The position numbers were made by a program, and so were the translations under genes. 64,000 bases of DNA from Eledone cirrhosa (taxonomy: Eukaryota). Below the pieces are notes generated by a model. That model saw nothing but the letters and a program-made list of their open reading frames with translations. It made no database searches and had not been told where the DNA came from. The stretch is taken from positions 25,234,001-25,298,000 of the forward strand of contig OZ024742.1 of NCBI GenBank assembly GCA_964016885.1, in the 5' to 3' direction. This document shows positions 25,101 through 43,100 of the stretch, piece after piece; position 1 is the first letter of the stretch; every line of letters begins with the position of its first letter.

Positions 25101-28100
25101 CAGTCTACTCCTCACTCTGAGAGAGACACCCAATATTACTTTACTACAGACATCATACAGACTACCCTTCACACTGAGTGAGACACCCTATATTACTTTA
25201 TTACAGACGTCATACAGTCTACCTTATACACTGAGTGAGACACCCTATATTACTTTACTAAAAGGCATTATACAGTCTACCCTACACTCTGAGTGAGACA
25301 CCCTATATTACTTTACTACAGACATCATACAATCTACCCTTCACTCAGAGAGAGACACCCCATATTACTTTACTACAGACGTCATACAGTCTACACTACA
25401 CTCTGAGAGAAACACCCCATATTACTATACTACAGATATCATAGAGTCTACCCTTCACTCTGACTAAGACACCCTATATTACTTTACTACAAACATCATA
25501 CAGTCTACCCTACACTCTGAGTGAGACACCCCATATTACTTTACTACAGACATCATAAAGTCTACCCTACACTCTGAGTGAAACACCCCATATTACTTTA
25601 CTACAGACATCATACAGTCTACAATATACACTGAGTGAGACACCCTATATTACTTTACTACAGACATTATACAGTCTACCCTACACTCTGAGTGAGACAC
25701 CCTATATTACTTTACTACAGACATCATACAGTCTACCCTACACACTGAGTGAGACACCTCATATTACTTTACTACATACATCATACAATCTTCCCTACAC
25801 TCTGAGAGAGACACCCCTTATTACTATACTACATACATCATACCATCTACCCTACACACTGAGTAAGACACCTAATATTACTTTACTACAGGCATCATAC
25901 AGTCTACCCAACACTCTGAGTGAGACACCCCATATTAATTTACTACAAATATCATACATAATACCCTACACTCTGAGAGAGACACCCCATATTACTTTAC
26001 TACAGACATCATACAGTCTACACTACACTCTAGGAGAGGCACCTCATATTACTTTACTACAGACATCATACAGTCTACCCTTCACTCTGACTAAGACACC
26101 CTATATTACTTTACTACAGACATCATACAGTCTACCCTACACTCTGAGTGAGACACCCCATATTACATTAAAACATACATCATAAAAATCTACCTCTCAC
26201 TCTGAGAGAGACACCCCTTATTACTTTACTACAGACATCATACAGTCTACTCCTCACTCTGAGAGAGACACCCCATATTACTTTACGACAGACATCATAC
26301 AGTCTACCCCTCACTCTGAGTGAAACACCCAATATTACTTTGCTACAGACATCATACAGACTACCCTTCACACTGAGTGAGACACCCCTATATTACTTTA
26401 TTACAGACGTCATACAGTCTACCTTATACACTGAGTGAGACACCCTATATTACTTTACTAAAAGGCATTATACAATCTACCCTACACTCTGAGTGAGACA
26501 CCCTATATTACTTTACTACAGACATCATACAATCTACCCTTCACTCAGAGAGAGACACCCCATATTACTTTACTACAGACGTCATACAGTCTACACTACA
26601 CTCTGAGAGAGACACCCCATATTACTATACTACAGATATCATAGAGTCTACCCTTCACTCTGACTAAGACACCCTATATTACTTTACTACAGACATCATA
26701 CAGTCTACCCTACAATCTGAGTGAGACACCTCATATTACTTTAAAACATACATCATACAATCTACCCCTCACTCTGAGAGAGACGCCCCATATTACTTTA
26801 CTACAGACATCATACAGTCTACCCTACATTCTGAGAGAGACACCCCATATTACTTTACTACAGACATCATACAGACTACCCTTCACACTGAGTGAGACAC
26901 CCTATATTACTTTATTACAGGCATCATACAGTCTAGCCAACACTCTGAGTGAGACACCCCATATTACTTCACTACAGACATCATACAGGATACTCTTCAC
27001 TCTGAGAGAGACACCCCATATTAATTTACTACAGACATTATACAATCTACCCCTCACTCTGAGTGAGACACCCTATATTACTTTACTACAGACATCAAAC
27101 AATCTTCCCTACACTCTGAGAGAGACACCACTTATTACTATACTACAGACATCAAATAGTCTACCCTTCACTCTGACTGAGACACCCCATATTACTTTAC
27201 TACAGTCATCATACAGTCTACCCTACAATCTGAGTGAGACACCCCATATTACGATACTACAGACATCATACACTCTACCCTATACTCAGAGAGAGACACC
27301 CCATATTACCTTACTATTGGCATCATACAGTCTACCCTACACTCTGAGAGAGACACCCCATATTTCTTTACTAAACATCATACGGACTTCCCTTCACATT
27401 GAGTGAGACACCCCATATTACTTAACTACAGACATCATACCATCTAAACCTACACACTGAATGAGACACCTCATATTACTTTGCTACAGGCATCATACAG
27501 TCTACCCAACACTCTGAGTGAGACACCCCATATTAGTTTACTACAGATATCATACATAATACCCTACACTCTGAGAGAGACACCCCATATTACTTTACTA
27601 CATACATCATACAGTCTACCCCTCACTCTGAGTGAGACACCCCATATTACTTTACTACAGACATCATTACAGAATACCCTTCACTCTGAGAGAGACACCC
27701 CATATTACTTTACTACAGACATCATACAGTCTACCCTACACTCTGAGAGAGGCACCTCATATTACTTTACTACAGACATCATACAGTCTACCCCTCACTC
27801 TGAGAGAGACACCCCATATTACTTTACTACAGACATCATACAGTCTACCCTACACTCTGAGAGAGGCAACCCATATTACTTTACTACATACATCATACAG
27901 TCTTCCCCTCACTCTGAGAGAGACACCCCATATTACCTTACTACAGACATCATACAGTCTACCCTACACTCTGAGTGAGATACTCCATATTACTTTACTA
28001 CAGACATCATACAATCTACGCTTCACTCTCAGAGAGACACCCCATATTACTTTACTACAGACGTCATAGAGTCTACACTACACTCTGAGAGAGACACCCC

Positions 28101-31100
28101 ATGTTACTTTACTACAGACATCATACGGACTACTCTTCACACTGAGTGAGACACCCCATATTACTTAACTACAGACATCATACAGTCTACCCTACACACT
28201 GAGTGAGACATCTCATATTACTTTACTACAGGCATCATACAGTCTACCCAACACTCTGAGTGAGACACCCCATATTACTTTACTACAGACATCATTACAG
28301 AATACCCTTCACTCTGGGAGAGACACCCCATATTACTTTACTACAGACATCATACAGTCTACCCTACACTCTGAGAGAGGTACCTCATATTACTTTACTA
28401 CAGACATCATACAATCTACCCCTCACTCTGAGAGAGACACCCCATATAAATTTACTACAGACATCATACAGTCTACCCTTCACTCTGACTGAGACACCCT
28501 ATATTGCCTTACTACAGACATCATACAGTCTACCCTACACACTGAGTGAGACACCCCATATTACTTTAAAACATACATCATACAATCGACTCCTCACTCT
28601 GAGAGAGACACCCCATATTACTTTACTACAGACATCATACAGTCTACACTACATTCTGAGTGAGACACCCCATATTACATTAAAACATACATCATACAAT
28701 CTACCCCTCACTCTGAGAGAGACACCCCTTATTACTTTACTACAGACATCATACAGTCTACTCCTCACTCTGAGAGAGACACCCAATATTACTTTACTAC
28801 AGACATCATACAGACTACCCTTCACACTGAGTGTGACACCCTATATTACTTTATCACAGACGTCATACAGTCTATCTTATACACTGAGTGAGGCACCCTA
28901 TATTACTTTACTAAAAGGCATTATACAGTCTACCCTACACTCTGAGTGAGACACCCTATATTACTTTACTACAGACATCATACAATCTACCCTTCACTCA
29001 GAGAGAGACACCCCATATTACTTTACTACAGACGTCATACAGTCTAAACTACACTCTGAGAGAGACACCCCATATTACTATACTACAGATATCATAGAGT
29101 CTACCCTTCACTCTGACTAAGACACCCTATATTACGTTACTACAGACATCATACAGTCTACCCTACACTCTGAGTGAGACACCTCATATTACTTTAAAAC
29201 ATACATCATACAATCTACCCCTCTCTCTGAGACAGACGCCCCATATTACTTTACTACAGACATCATACAGTCTACCCTACATTCTGAGAGAGACACCCCA
29301 TATTACTTTACTACAGACATCATACAGACTACCCTTCACACTGAGTGAGACACCCTATATTACTTTATTACCGGCATCATACAGTCTAGCCAACACTCTG
29401 AGTGAGACACCCCATATTACTTCACTACAGACATCATACAGAATACCCTTCACTCTGAGAGAGACACCCCATATTAATTTACTACAGACATTATACAATC
29501 TACCCCTCACTCTGAGTGAGACACCCTATATTACATTACTACAGACATCATACAATCGACCCATCCTCTGAGTGAGACACCCCATATTACTTTACTACAG
29601 ACATCATACAGTCTACCCTGCACTCTGAGTTAGAGACCCCATATTACTTTACTACAGACATCATACTGTCTACCCTACACTCTGAGTGAGATACTCCATA
29701 TTACTTTACTACAGACATCATACAGTCTACCCTACACTCTGAGAGAGACACCCCATATTACTTTACTACATACATCATACAGTCTACCCTACACTCTGAG
29801 TGAGACACCCCATATTAATTTACTACAGACATCATAAAGTCTACCCCTCACTCTGAGAGAGAGACCTCATATTACTTAACTACAGACATCATACAGTCTA
29901 CCCCTCACTCTGAGTCAAACACCTCATATTATTTTACTACAGACATCATACAGTCTACCCTACACTCTGAGTGAGACACCCATATTACTTTACTACAGAC
30001 ATCATTACAGAATACCCTTCACTCTGGGAGAGACACCCCATATTACTTTACTACAGACATCATACAGTCTACCCTACACTCTGAGAGAGGTACCTCATAT
30101 TACTTTACTACAGACATCATACAATCTACCCCTCACTCTGAGAGAGACACCCCATATTAATTTACTACAGACATCATACAGTCTACCCTTCACTCTGACT
30201 GAGACACCCTATATTGCCTTACTACAGACATCATACAGTCTACCCTACACACTGAGTGAGACACCCCATATTACTTTAAAACATACATCATACAACCGAC
30301 TCCTCACTCTGAGAGAGACACCCCATATTACTTTACTACAGACATCATACAGTCTACACTACATTCTGAGTGAGACACCCCATATTACATTAAAACATAC
30401 ATCATACAATCTACCCCTCACTCTGAGAGAGACACCCCTTATTACTTTACTACAGACATCATACAGTCTACTCCTCACTCTGAGAGAGACACCCAATATT
30501 ACTTTACTACAGACATCATACAGACTACCCTTCACACTGAGTGAGACACCCTATATTACTTTATTACAGACGTCATACAGTCTATCTTATACACTGAGTG
30601 AGGCACCCTATATTACTTTACTAAAAGGCATTATACAGTCTACCCTACATTCTGAGTGAGACACCCTATATTACTTTACTACAGACATCATACAATCTAC
30701 CCTTCACTCAGAGAGAGACACCCCATATTACTTTACTACAGACGTCATACAGTCTACACTACACTCTGAGAGAGACACCCCATATTACTATACTACAGAT
30801 ATCATAGAGTCTACCCTTCACTCTGACTAAGACACCCTATATTACTTTACTACAGACATCATACAGTCTACCCTACACTCTGAGTGAGACACCTCATATT
30901 ACTTTAAAACATACATCATACAATCTACCCCTCTCTCTGAGACAGACGCCCCATATTACTTTACTACAGACATCATACAGTCTACCCTACATTCTGAGAG
31001 AGACACCCCATATTACTTTACTACAGACATCATACAGACTACCCTTCACACTGAGTGAGACACCCTATATTACTTTATTACCGGCATCATACAGTCTAGC

Positions 31101-34100
31101 CAACACTCTGAGTGAGACACCCCATATTACTTCACTACAGACATCATACAGAATACCCTTCACTCTGAGAGAGACACCCCATATTAATTTACTACAGACA
31201 TTATACAATCTACCCCTCACTCTGAGTGAGACACCCTATATTACATTACTACAGACATCATACAATCGACCCATCCTCTGAGTGAGACACCCCATATTAC
31301 TTTACTACAGACATCATACAGTCTACCCTGCACTCTGAGTTAGAGACCCCATATTACTTTACTACAGACATCATACTGTCTACCCTACACTCTGAGTGAG
31401 ATACTCCATATTACTTTACTACAGACATCATACAGTCTACCCTACACTCTGAGTGAGACACCCCATATTACTTTACTACATACATCATACAGTCTACCCT
31501 ACACTCTGAGTGAGACACCCCATATTAATTTACTACAGACATCATAAAGTCTACCCCTCACTCTGAGAGAGAGACCTCATATTACTTAACTACAGACATC
31601 ATACAGTCTACCCCTCACTCTGAGTCAAACACCTCATATTACTTTACTACAGACATCATACAGTCTACCCTACACTCTGAGTGAGACACCCATATTACTT
31701 TACTACAGACATCATACAGTCTACCCTACACTCTGAGAGAGACACCCCATATTACTTTACTACAGACATCATACAGTCTACCCCTCACTCTGAGAGAGAG
31801 ACCTCATATTACTTTACTACAGACATCATACAGTCTACCCCTCACTCTGAGTGAAACACCTCATATTACTTTACTACAGACATCATACATTGTACACTAC
31901 ACTCTGAGTGAGACACCCCATATTACCTTACTACAGACATCATACAGTCTACCCTACACTCTGAGTGAGACACCCCATATTACTTTACTACAGAACTCAT
32001 ACATTCTACCCTACACTCTGAGTGAGACACACCATATTACTTTACTACAGACATCATACAGTCTACCCTACACTCTGAGTGAAACACCCCATATTACTTT
32101 ACTACTGACATCATAAAGTCTACCCTACACACTGAGTGAAACACCCCATATTACTTTACTACAGACATCATACAGTCTACTCCTCACTCTGAGAGATAGA
32201 CCTCATATTACTTTACTACAGACATCATACAGTCTACTCCTCACTCTGAGTGAAACACCTCATATTACTTTACTACAGACATCATACAGTCTACCCTATA
32301 CACTGAGTGAGACACCCTATATTACTTTACTAAAAGGCATTATACAGTCTACCCTACACTCTGAGTGAGACACCCTATATTACTTTACTACATACATCAT
32401 ACAATCTACCCTTCACTCAGAGAGAGACACCCCATATTACTTTACTACAGACGTCATACAGTCTACACTACACTCTGAGAGAGACACCCCATATTACTAT
32501 ACTACAGATATCATAGAGTCTACCCTTCACTCTGACTAAGACACCCTATATTACTTTACTACAGACATCATACAGTCTACCCTACACTCTGAGTGAGACA
32601 CCTCATATTACTTTAAAACATACATCATACAATCTACCCCTCTCTCTGAGACAGACGCCCCATATTACTTTACTACAGACATCATACAGTCTACCCTACA
32701 TTCTGAGAGAGACACCCCATATTACTTTACTACAGACATCATACAGACTACCCTTCACACTGAGTGAGACACCCTATATTACTTTATTACCGGCATCATA
32801 CAGTCTAGCCAACACTCTGAGTGAGACACCCCATATTACTTCACTACAGACATCATACAGAATACCCTTCACTCTGAGAGAGACACCCCATATTAATTTA
32901 CTACAGACATTATACAATCTACCCCTCACTCTGAGTGAGACACCCTATATTACATTACTACAGACATCATACAATCTACCCATCCTCTGAGTGAGACACC
33001 CCATATTACTTTACTACAGACATCATACAGTCTACCCTGCACTCTGAGTTAGAGACCCCATATTACTTTACTACAGACATCATACTGTCTACCCTACACT
33101 CTGAGTGAGATACTCCATATTACTTTACTACAGACATCATACAGTCTACCCTACACTCTGAGTGAGACACCCCATATTACTTTACTACATACATCATAGA
33201 GTCTACCCTACACTCTGAGTGAGACACCCCATATTAATTTACTACAGACATCATAAAGTCTACCCCTCACTCTGAGAGAGAGACCTCATATTACTTAACT
33301 ACAGACATCATACAGTCTACCCCTCACTCTGAGTCAAACACCTCATATTACTTTACTACAGACATCATACAGTCTACCCTACATTCTGAGTGAGACACCC
33401 ATATTACTTTACTACAGACATCATACAGTCTACCCTACACTCTGAGAGAGACACCCCATATTACTTTACTACAGACATCATACAGTCTACCCCTCACTCT
33501 GAGAGAGAGACCTCATATTACTTTACTACAGACATCATACAGTCTACCCCTCACTCTGAGTGAAACACCTCATATTACTTTACTACAGACATCATACATT
33601 GTACACTACACTCTGAGTGAGACACCCCATATTACCTTACTACAGACATCATACAATCTACCCTACACTCTGAGTGAGACACCCCATATTACTTTACTAC
33701 AGAACTTATACATTCTACCCTACACTCTGAGTGAGACACACCATATTACTTTACTACAGACATCATACAGTCTACCCTACACTCTGAGTGAAACACCCCA
33801 TATTACTTTACTACAGACATCATAAAGTCTACCCTACACACTGAGTGAAACACCCCATATTACTTTACTACAGACATCATACAGTCTACTCCTCACTCTG
33901 AGTGAAACACCTCATATTACTTTACTACAGACATCATACAGTCTACCCTATACACTGAGTGAGACACCCTATATTACTTTACTACAGACAATATACAGTA
34001 TACCCTACACTCTGAGTGAGACACCCCATATTACTTTACTACATACATCATACAGTCTACCCTACACTCTGAGTGAGACACCCCATATTACTTTACTACA

Positions 34101-37100
34101 GACATCATAAAGTCTACCCTACACTCTGAGTGAAACACCCCATATTACTTTACTACAGACATCATACAGTCTACCCTATACACTGAGTGAGACACCCTAT
34201 ATTACTTTACTACAGACATTATACAGTCTACCATACACTCTGAGTGAGACACCCTATATTACTTTACTGCAGACATCATACAGTCTACCCTACACTCTGA
34301 GTGAAACACCCCATATTACTTTACTACAGACATCATAAAGTCTACCCTACACACTGAGTGAAACACCCCATATTACTTTACTACAGACATCATACAGTCT
34401 ACTCCTCACTCTGAGAGATAGACCTCATATTACTTTACTACAGACATCATACAGTCTACTCCTCACTCTGAGTGAAACACCTCATATTACTTTACTACAG
34501 ACATCATACAGTCTACCCTATACACTGAGTGAGACACCCTATATTACTTTACTAAAAGGCATTATACAGTCTACCCTACACTCTGAGTGAGACACCCTAT
34601 ATTACTTTACTACAGACATCATACAATCTACCCTTCACTCAGAGAGAGACACCCCATATTACTTTACTACAGACGTCATACAGTCTACACTACAATTCTG
34701 AGAGAGACACCCCATATTACTATACTACAGATATCATAGAGTCTACCCTTCACTCTGACTAAGACACCCTATATTACTTTACTACAGACATCATACAGTC
34801 TACCCTACATTCTGAGTGAGACACCTCATATTACTTTAAAACATACATCATACAATCTACCCCTCTCTCTGAGACAGACGCCCCATATTACTTTACTACA
34901 GACATCATACAGTCTACCCTACATTCTGAGAGAGACACCCCATATTACTTTACTACAGACATCATACAGACTACCCTTCACACTGAGTGAGACACCCTAT
35001 ATTACTTTATTACCGGCATCATACAGTCTAGCCAACACTCTGAGTGAGACACCCCATATTACTTCACTACAGACATCATACAGAATACCCTTCACTCTGA
35101 GAGAGACACCCCATATTAATTTACTACAGACATTATACAATCTACCCCTCACTCTGAGTGAGACACCCTATATTACATTACTACAGACATCATACAATCG
35201 ACCCATCCTCTGAGTGAGACACCCCATATTACTTTACTACAGACATCATACAGTCTACCCTGCACTCTGAGTTAGAGACCCCATATTACTTTACTACAGA
35301 CATCATACTGTCTACCCTACACTCTGAGTGAGATACTCCATATTACTTTACTACAGACATCATACAGTCTACCCTACACTCTGAGTGAGACACCCCATAT
35401 TACTTTACTACATACATCATACAGTCTACCCTACACTCTGAGTGAGACACCCCATATTAATTTACTACAGACATCATAAAGTCTACCCCTCACTCTGAGA
35501 GAGAGACCTCATATTACTTAACTACAGACATCATACAGTCTACCCCTCACTCTGAGTCAAACACCTCATATTACTTTACTACAGACATCATACAGTCTAC
35601 CCTACACTCTGAGTGAGACACCCATATTACTTTACTACAGACATCATACAGTCTACCCTACACTCTGAGAGAGACACCCCATATTACTTTACTACAGACA
35701 TCATACAGTCTACCCCTCACTCTGAGAGAGAGACCTCATATTACTTTACTACAGACATCATACAGTCTACCCTACACTCTGAGTGAAACACCTCATATTA
35801 CTTTACTACAGACATCATACATTGTACACTACACTCTGAGTGAGACACCCCATATTACCTTACTACAGACATCATACAATCTACCCTACACTCTGAGTGA
35901 GACACCCCATATTACTTTACTACAGAACTTATACATTCTACCCTACACTCTGAGTGAGACACACCATATTACTTTACTACAGACATCATACAGTCTACCC
36001 TACACTCTGAGTGAAACACCCCATATTACTTTACTACAGACATCATAAAGTCTACCCTACACACTGAGTGAAACACCCCATATTACTTTACTACAGACAT
36101 CATACAGTCTACTCCTCACTCTGAGAGATAGACCTCATATTACTTTACTACAGACATCATACAGTCTACTCCTCACTCTGAGTGAAACACCTCATATTAC
36201 TTTACTACAGACATCATACAGTCTACCCTATACACTGAGTGAGACACCCTATATTACTTTACTACAGACAATATACAGTATACCCTACACTCTGAGTGAG
36301 ACACCCCATATTACTTTACTACAGACATCATACAGTCTACCCTACACTCTGAGTGAGACACCCCATATTACTTTACTACAGACATCATAAAGTCTACCCT
36401 ACACTCTGAGTGAAACACCCCATATTACTTTACTACAGACATCATACAGTTTACCCTATACACTGAGTGAGACACCCTATATTACTTTACTACAGACATT
36501 ATACAGTCTACCATACACTCTGAGTGAGACACCCTATATTACTTTACTGCAGACATCATACAGTCTACCCTACACTCTGAGTGAAACACCCCATATTACT
36601 TTACTACAGACATCATAAAGTCTACCCTACACACTGAGTGAAACACCCCATATTACTTTACTACAGACATCATACAGTCTACTCCTCACTCTGAGAGATA
36701 GACCTCATATTACTTTACTACAGACATCATACAGTCTACTCCCCACTCTGAGTGAAACACCTCATATTACTTTACTACAGACATCATACAGTCTACCCTA
36801 TACACTGAGTGAGACACCCTATATTACTTTACTAAAAGGCATTATACAGTCTACCCTACACTCTGAGTGAGACACCCTATATTACTTTACTACAGACATC
36901 ATACAATCTACCCTTCACTCAGAGAGAGACACCCCATATTACTTTACTACAGACGTCATACAGTCTACACTACACTCTGAGAGAGACACCCCATATTACT
37001 ATACTACAGATATCATAGAGTCTACCCTTCACTCTGACTAAGACACCCTATATTACTTTACTACAGACATCATACAGTCTACCCTACACTCTGAGTGAGA

Positions 37101-40100
37101 CACCTCATATTACTTTAAAACATACATCATACAATCTACCCCTCTCTCTGAGACAGACGCCCCATATTACTTTACTACAGACATCATACAGTCTACCCTA
37201 CATTCTGAGAGAGACACCCCATATTACTTTACTACAGACATCATACAGACTACCCTTCACACTGAGTGAGACACCCTATATTACTTTATTACCGGCATCA
37301 TACAGTCTAGCCAACACTCTGAGTGAGACACCCCATATTACTTCACTACAGACATCATACAGAATACCCTTCACTCTGAGAGAGACACCCCATATTAATT
37401 TACTACAGACATTATACAATCTACCCCTCACTCTGAGTGAGACACCCTATATTACATTACTACAGACATCATACAATCTACCCATCCTCTGAGTGAGACA
37501 CCCCATATTACTTTACTACAGACATCATACAGTCTACCCTGCACTCTGAGTTAGAGACCCCATATTACTTTACTACAGACATCATACTGTCTACCCTACA
37601 CTCTGAGTGAGATACTCCATATTACTTTACTACAGACATCATACAGTCTACCCTACACTCTGAGTGAGACACCCCATATTACTTTACTACATACATCATA
37701 CAGTCTACCCTACACTCTGAGTGAGACACCCCATATTAATTTACTACAGACATCATAAAGTCTACCCCTCACTCTGAGAGAGAGACCTCATATTACTTAA
37801 CTACAGACATCATACAGTCTACCCCTCACTCTGAGTGAGATACTCCATATTACTTTACTACATACATCATACAGTCTACCCTATACACTGAGTGAGACAC
37901 CCTATATTACTTTACTACAGGCATTATACAATCTACCCTACACTCTGAGTGAGAGACCCCATATTACTTTACTACAGTCATCATACAGTCTACCCTAAAC
38001 TCGGAGAGAGACACCCCATATTACTTCACTACAGACATCATACAGTCTACCCTACACTCTGAGTGAGACACCCCATATTACATTAAAACATACATCATAC
38101 AATCTACCCCTCACTCTGAGAGAGACACCCCTTATTACTTTACTACAGACATCATACAGTCTACTCCTCACTCTGAGAGAGACACCCCATATTACTTTAC
38201 GACAGACATCATACAGTCTACCCCTCACTCTGAGTGAAACACCCAATATTACTTTGCTACAGACATCATACAGACTACCCTTCACACTGAGTGAGACACC
38301 CCTATAATACTTTATTACAGACGTCATACAGTCTACCTTATACACTGAGTGAGACACCCTATATTACTTTACTAAAAGGCATTATACAGTCTACCCTACA
38401 CTCTGAGTGAGACACCCTATATTACTTTACTACAGACATCATACAATCTACCCTTCACTCAGAGAGAGACACCCTATATTACTTTACTACAGACATCATA
38501 CAGTCTACCCTACACTCTGAGTGAGACACCTCATATTACTTTAAAACATACATCATACAATCTACCCCTCACTCTGAGAGAGACGCCCCATATTACTTTA
38601 CTACAGACATCATACAGTCTACCCTACTTTCTGAGAGAGACACCCCATATTACTTTACTACAGACATCATACAGACTACCCTTCACACTGAGTGAGACAC
38701 CCTATATTACTTTATTACAGGCATCATACAGTCTAGCCAACACTCTGAGTGAGACACCCCATATTACTTCACTACAGACATCATACAGAATACCCTTCAC
38801 TCTGAGAGAGACACCCCATATTAATTTACTACAGACATTATACAATCTACCCCTCACTCTGAGTGAGACACCCTATATTACTTTACTACAGACATCATAC
38901 GATCTTCCCTACACTCTGAGAGAGACACCACTTATTACTATACTACAGACATCAAACAGTCTACCCTTCACTCTGACTGAGACACCCTATATTACTTTAC
39001 TACAGACATTTTACAGTCTACCCTACACTATGAGTGAGACACCCCATATTACTTTACTACAGTCATCATACAGTCTACCCTACAATCTGAGTGAGACACC
39101 CCATATTACTTTACTACAGACATCATACACTCTACCCTACGCTCAGAGAGAGACACCCCATATTACCTTACTATTGGCATCATACAGTCTACCCTACACT
39201 CTGAGAGAGACACCCCATATTACTTTACTAAACATCATACGGACTTCCTTTCACATTGAGTGAGACACCCCATATTACTTAACTACAGACATCATACCAT
39301 CTACCCTACACACTGAATGAGACACCTCATATTACTTTACTACAGGCATCATACAGTCTACCCAACACTCTGAGTGAGACACCCCATATTAGTTTACTAC
39401 AGATATCATATATAATACCCTACACTCTGAGAGAGACACCCCATATTACTTTACTACAGACATCATACAGTCTACCCTACACTCTGAGAGAGGCACCTCA
39501 TATTACTTTACTACAGACATCATACAGTCTACCCCTCACTCTGAGAGAGACACCCCATATTACTTTACCACAGACATCATACGGACTACTCTTCACACTG
39601 AGTGAGACACCCCATATTACTTAACTACAGACATCATACAGTCTACCCTACACACTGAGTGTGACATCTCATATTACTTTACTACAGGCATCATACAGTC
39701 TACCCAACACTCTGAGTGAGACACCCCATATTACTTTACTACAGACATCATACAGTCTACCCCTCACTCTGAGAGAGACACCCCATATTACTTTACTACA
39801 GACATCATACAGTCTACCCCTCACTCTGAGAGAGACACCCCATATTACTTTACTACAGACATCATACAGTCTCCCCTACACTCTGAGAGAGGCACCCCAT
39901 ATTACTTTACTACAGACATCATACAGTCTACCCCTCACTCTGAGAGAGACACCCCATATTACCTTACTACAGACATCATACAGTCTACCCTACACTCTGA
40001 GAGAGACACCCATATTACTTTACTACAGATATCATTCAGACTATACCTCACACTGAGAGAGACACCCTATATTACTTTACTACAGACAACATACAGTCTA

Positions 40101-43100
40101 CCCTACACCCTGAGTGAGACACCCTATATTACTTTACTACAGACATCATACAATCTACGCTTCACTCTGAGAGAGACACCCCATATTACTACAGACGTCA
40201 TAGAGTCTACACTACACTCTGAGAGAGACACCCCATGTTACTTTACTACAGACATCATACGGACTACTCTTCACACTGAGTGAGACACCCCATATTACTT
40301 AACTACAGACATCATACAGTCGACCCTACACACTGAGTGAGACACCTCATATTACTTTACTACAGGCATCATACAGTCTACCCAACACTCTGAGTGAGAC
40401 ACCCCATATTACTTTACAACAGACATCATTACAGAATACCCTTCACTCTGAGAGAGACACCCCATATTACTTTACTACAGACATCATACAGTCTACCCTA
40501 CACTCTGAGAGAGGTACCTCATATTACTTTACTACAGACATCATACAGTCTACCCCTCACTCTGAGAGAGACACCCCATATTACTTTACTACAGACATCA
40601 TACAGTCTACCCTTCACTCTGACTGAGACACCCTATATTGCCTTACTACAGACATCATACAGTCTACCCTACACACTGAGTGAGACACCCTATATTACTT
40701 TAAAATATACAGCATACAATCGACTCCTCACTCTGAGAGACACACCCCATATTACTTTACTACAGACATCATACAGTCTACACTACATTCTGAGTGAGAC
40801 ACCCCATATTACTTTACTAGAGACATCATACAGTCTACCCTACACTCTGAGTGAGACACCCCCATATTACTTTAAAACATACATCATACAATCTACCCCT
40901 CACTCTGAGAGAGACACCCCTTGTTACTTTACTACAGGCATCATACAGTCTACCCTACACTCTGAAAGAGACACCCTATATTACTTTACTACAGACATCA
41001 TACAGTCTACCCTACACTCTGAGTGAGACACCCCATATTACATTAAAACATACATCATACAATCTACCCCTCACTCTGAGAGAGACACCCCTTATTACTT
41101 TACTACAGACATCATACAGTCTACTCCTCACTCTGAGAGAGACACCCCATATTACTTTACTACATACATCATACAGTCTACCCTACACTCTGAGAGAGAC
41201 ACCCCATATTACCTTACTACAGACATTATACAGTCTACCCTACACTCTGAGAGAGACACCCCATATTACTTTACTACAGATATCATTCAGACTATACCTC
41301 ACACTGAGAGAGACACCCCATATTACTGAACTACAGACATCATACAGTCTACCCTACACACTCAGTGAGACACCTCATATTACTTTACTACAGGCATCAT
41401 ACAGTCTACCGAAGACTATGAGTGAGACACACCATATCACTTTACTACAGACATCATACAGAATACCCTTCACTCTGAGAGAGACACCCTATATTACTTT
41501 ACTACAGGCAACATACAGTCTACCCTACACCCTGAGTGAGACACCCTATATTACTTTACTACAGACATCATACAATCTACGCTTCACTCTCAGAGAGACA
41601 CCCCATATTACTTTACTACAGACGTCTTATAGTCTACACTACACTCTGAGAGAGACACCCCCTATTACTATACTACAGACATCATACAGTCTACACTTCA
41701 CTTTGACTGAGACACCCTATATTGCCTTACTACAGACATCATACAGTCTACCCTACACTCTGAGTGAGACACTCCATATTACTTTAAAACATACATCATA
41801 CAATCTACTCCTCACTCTGAGAGAGACACCCCATATTACTTTACTACAGACATCATACAGTCTACACTACATTCTGAGTGAGACACCCTATATTATTTAC
41901 TACAGACATCATACAGTCTACCCTACACTCTGAGAGAGACACCCCTTATTACTTTACTACAGACATCATACAGTCTACCCTACACTCTGAGTGAGACACC
42001 CCATATTACATTAAAACATACATCATACAATCTACCCCTCACTTTGAGAGAGAAACCCCATATTACTTTACTACAGACATCATACAGTCTACCCTACACT
42101 CTGAGAGAGACACCCCTTATTACTTTACTACAGACATCATACAGTCTACTCCTCACTCTGAGAGAGACACCCCATATTACTTTACGACAGACATCATACA
42201 GTCTACCCCTCACTCTGAGTGAAACACCCCATATTACTTTACTACAGACATCATACAGACTACCCTTCACACTGAGTGAGACACCCTATATTACTTTATT
42301 ACAGACGTCATACAGTCTACCTTATACACTGAGTGAGACACCCTATATTACTTTACTAAAAGGCATTATACAGTCTACCCTACACTCTGAGTGAGACACC
42401 CTATATTACTTTACTACAGACATCATACAATCTACCCTTCACTCAGAGAGAGACACCCCATATTACTTTACTACAGACGTCATACAGTCTACACTACACT
42501 CTGAGAGAGACACCGCATATTACTATACTACAGACATCATACAGTCTACCCTTCACTCTGACTAAGACACCCTATATTACTTTACTACATACATCATACA
42601 ATCTACCCCTCACTCTGAGAGAGACGCCCCATATTACTTTACTACAGACATCATACAGTCTACCCTACATTCTGAGAGAGACACCCCATATTACTTTACT
42701 ACAGACATCATACAGACTACCTTTCACACTGAGTGAGACACCCTATATTACTTTATTACAGGCATCATACAGTCTAGCCAACACTCTGAGTGAGACACCC
42801 CATATTACTTCACTACAGACATCATACAGAATACCCTTCACTCTGAGAGAGACACCCCATATTAATTTACTACAGACATTATACAATCTACCCCTCACTC
42901 TGAGTGAGACACCCTATATTACTTTACTACAGCCATCATACAATCTACCCATCCTCTGAGTGTGACACCCCATATTACTTTACTACAGACATCATACAGT
43001 CTACCCTGCACTCTGAGTTAGAGACCCCATATTACTTTACTACAGACATCATACTGTCTACCCTACACTCTGAGTGAGATACTCCATATTACTTTACTAC

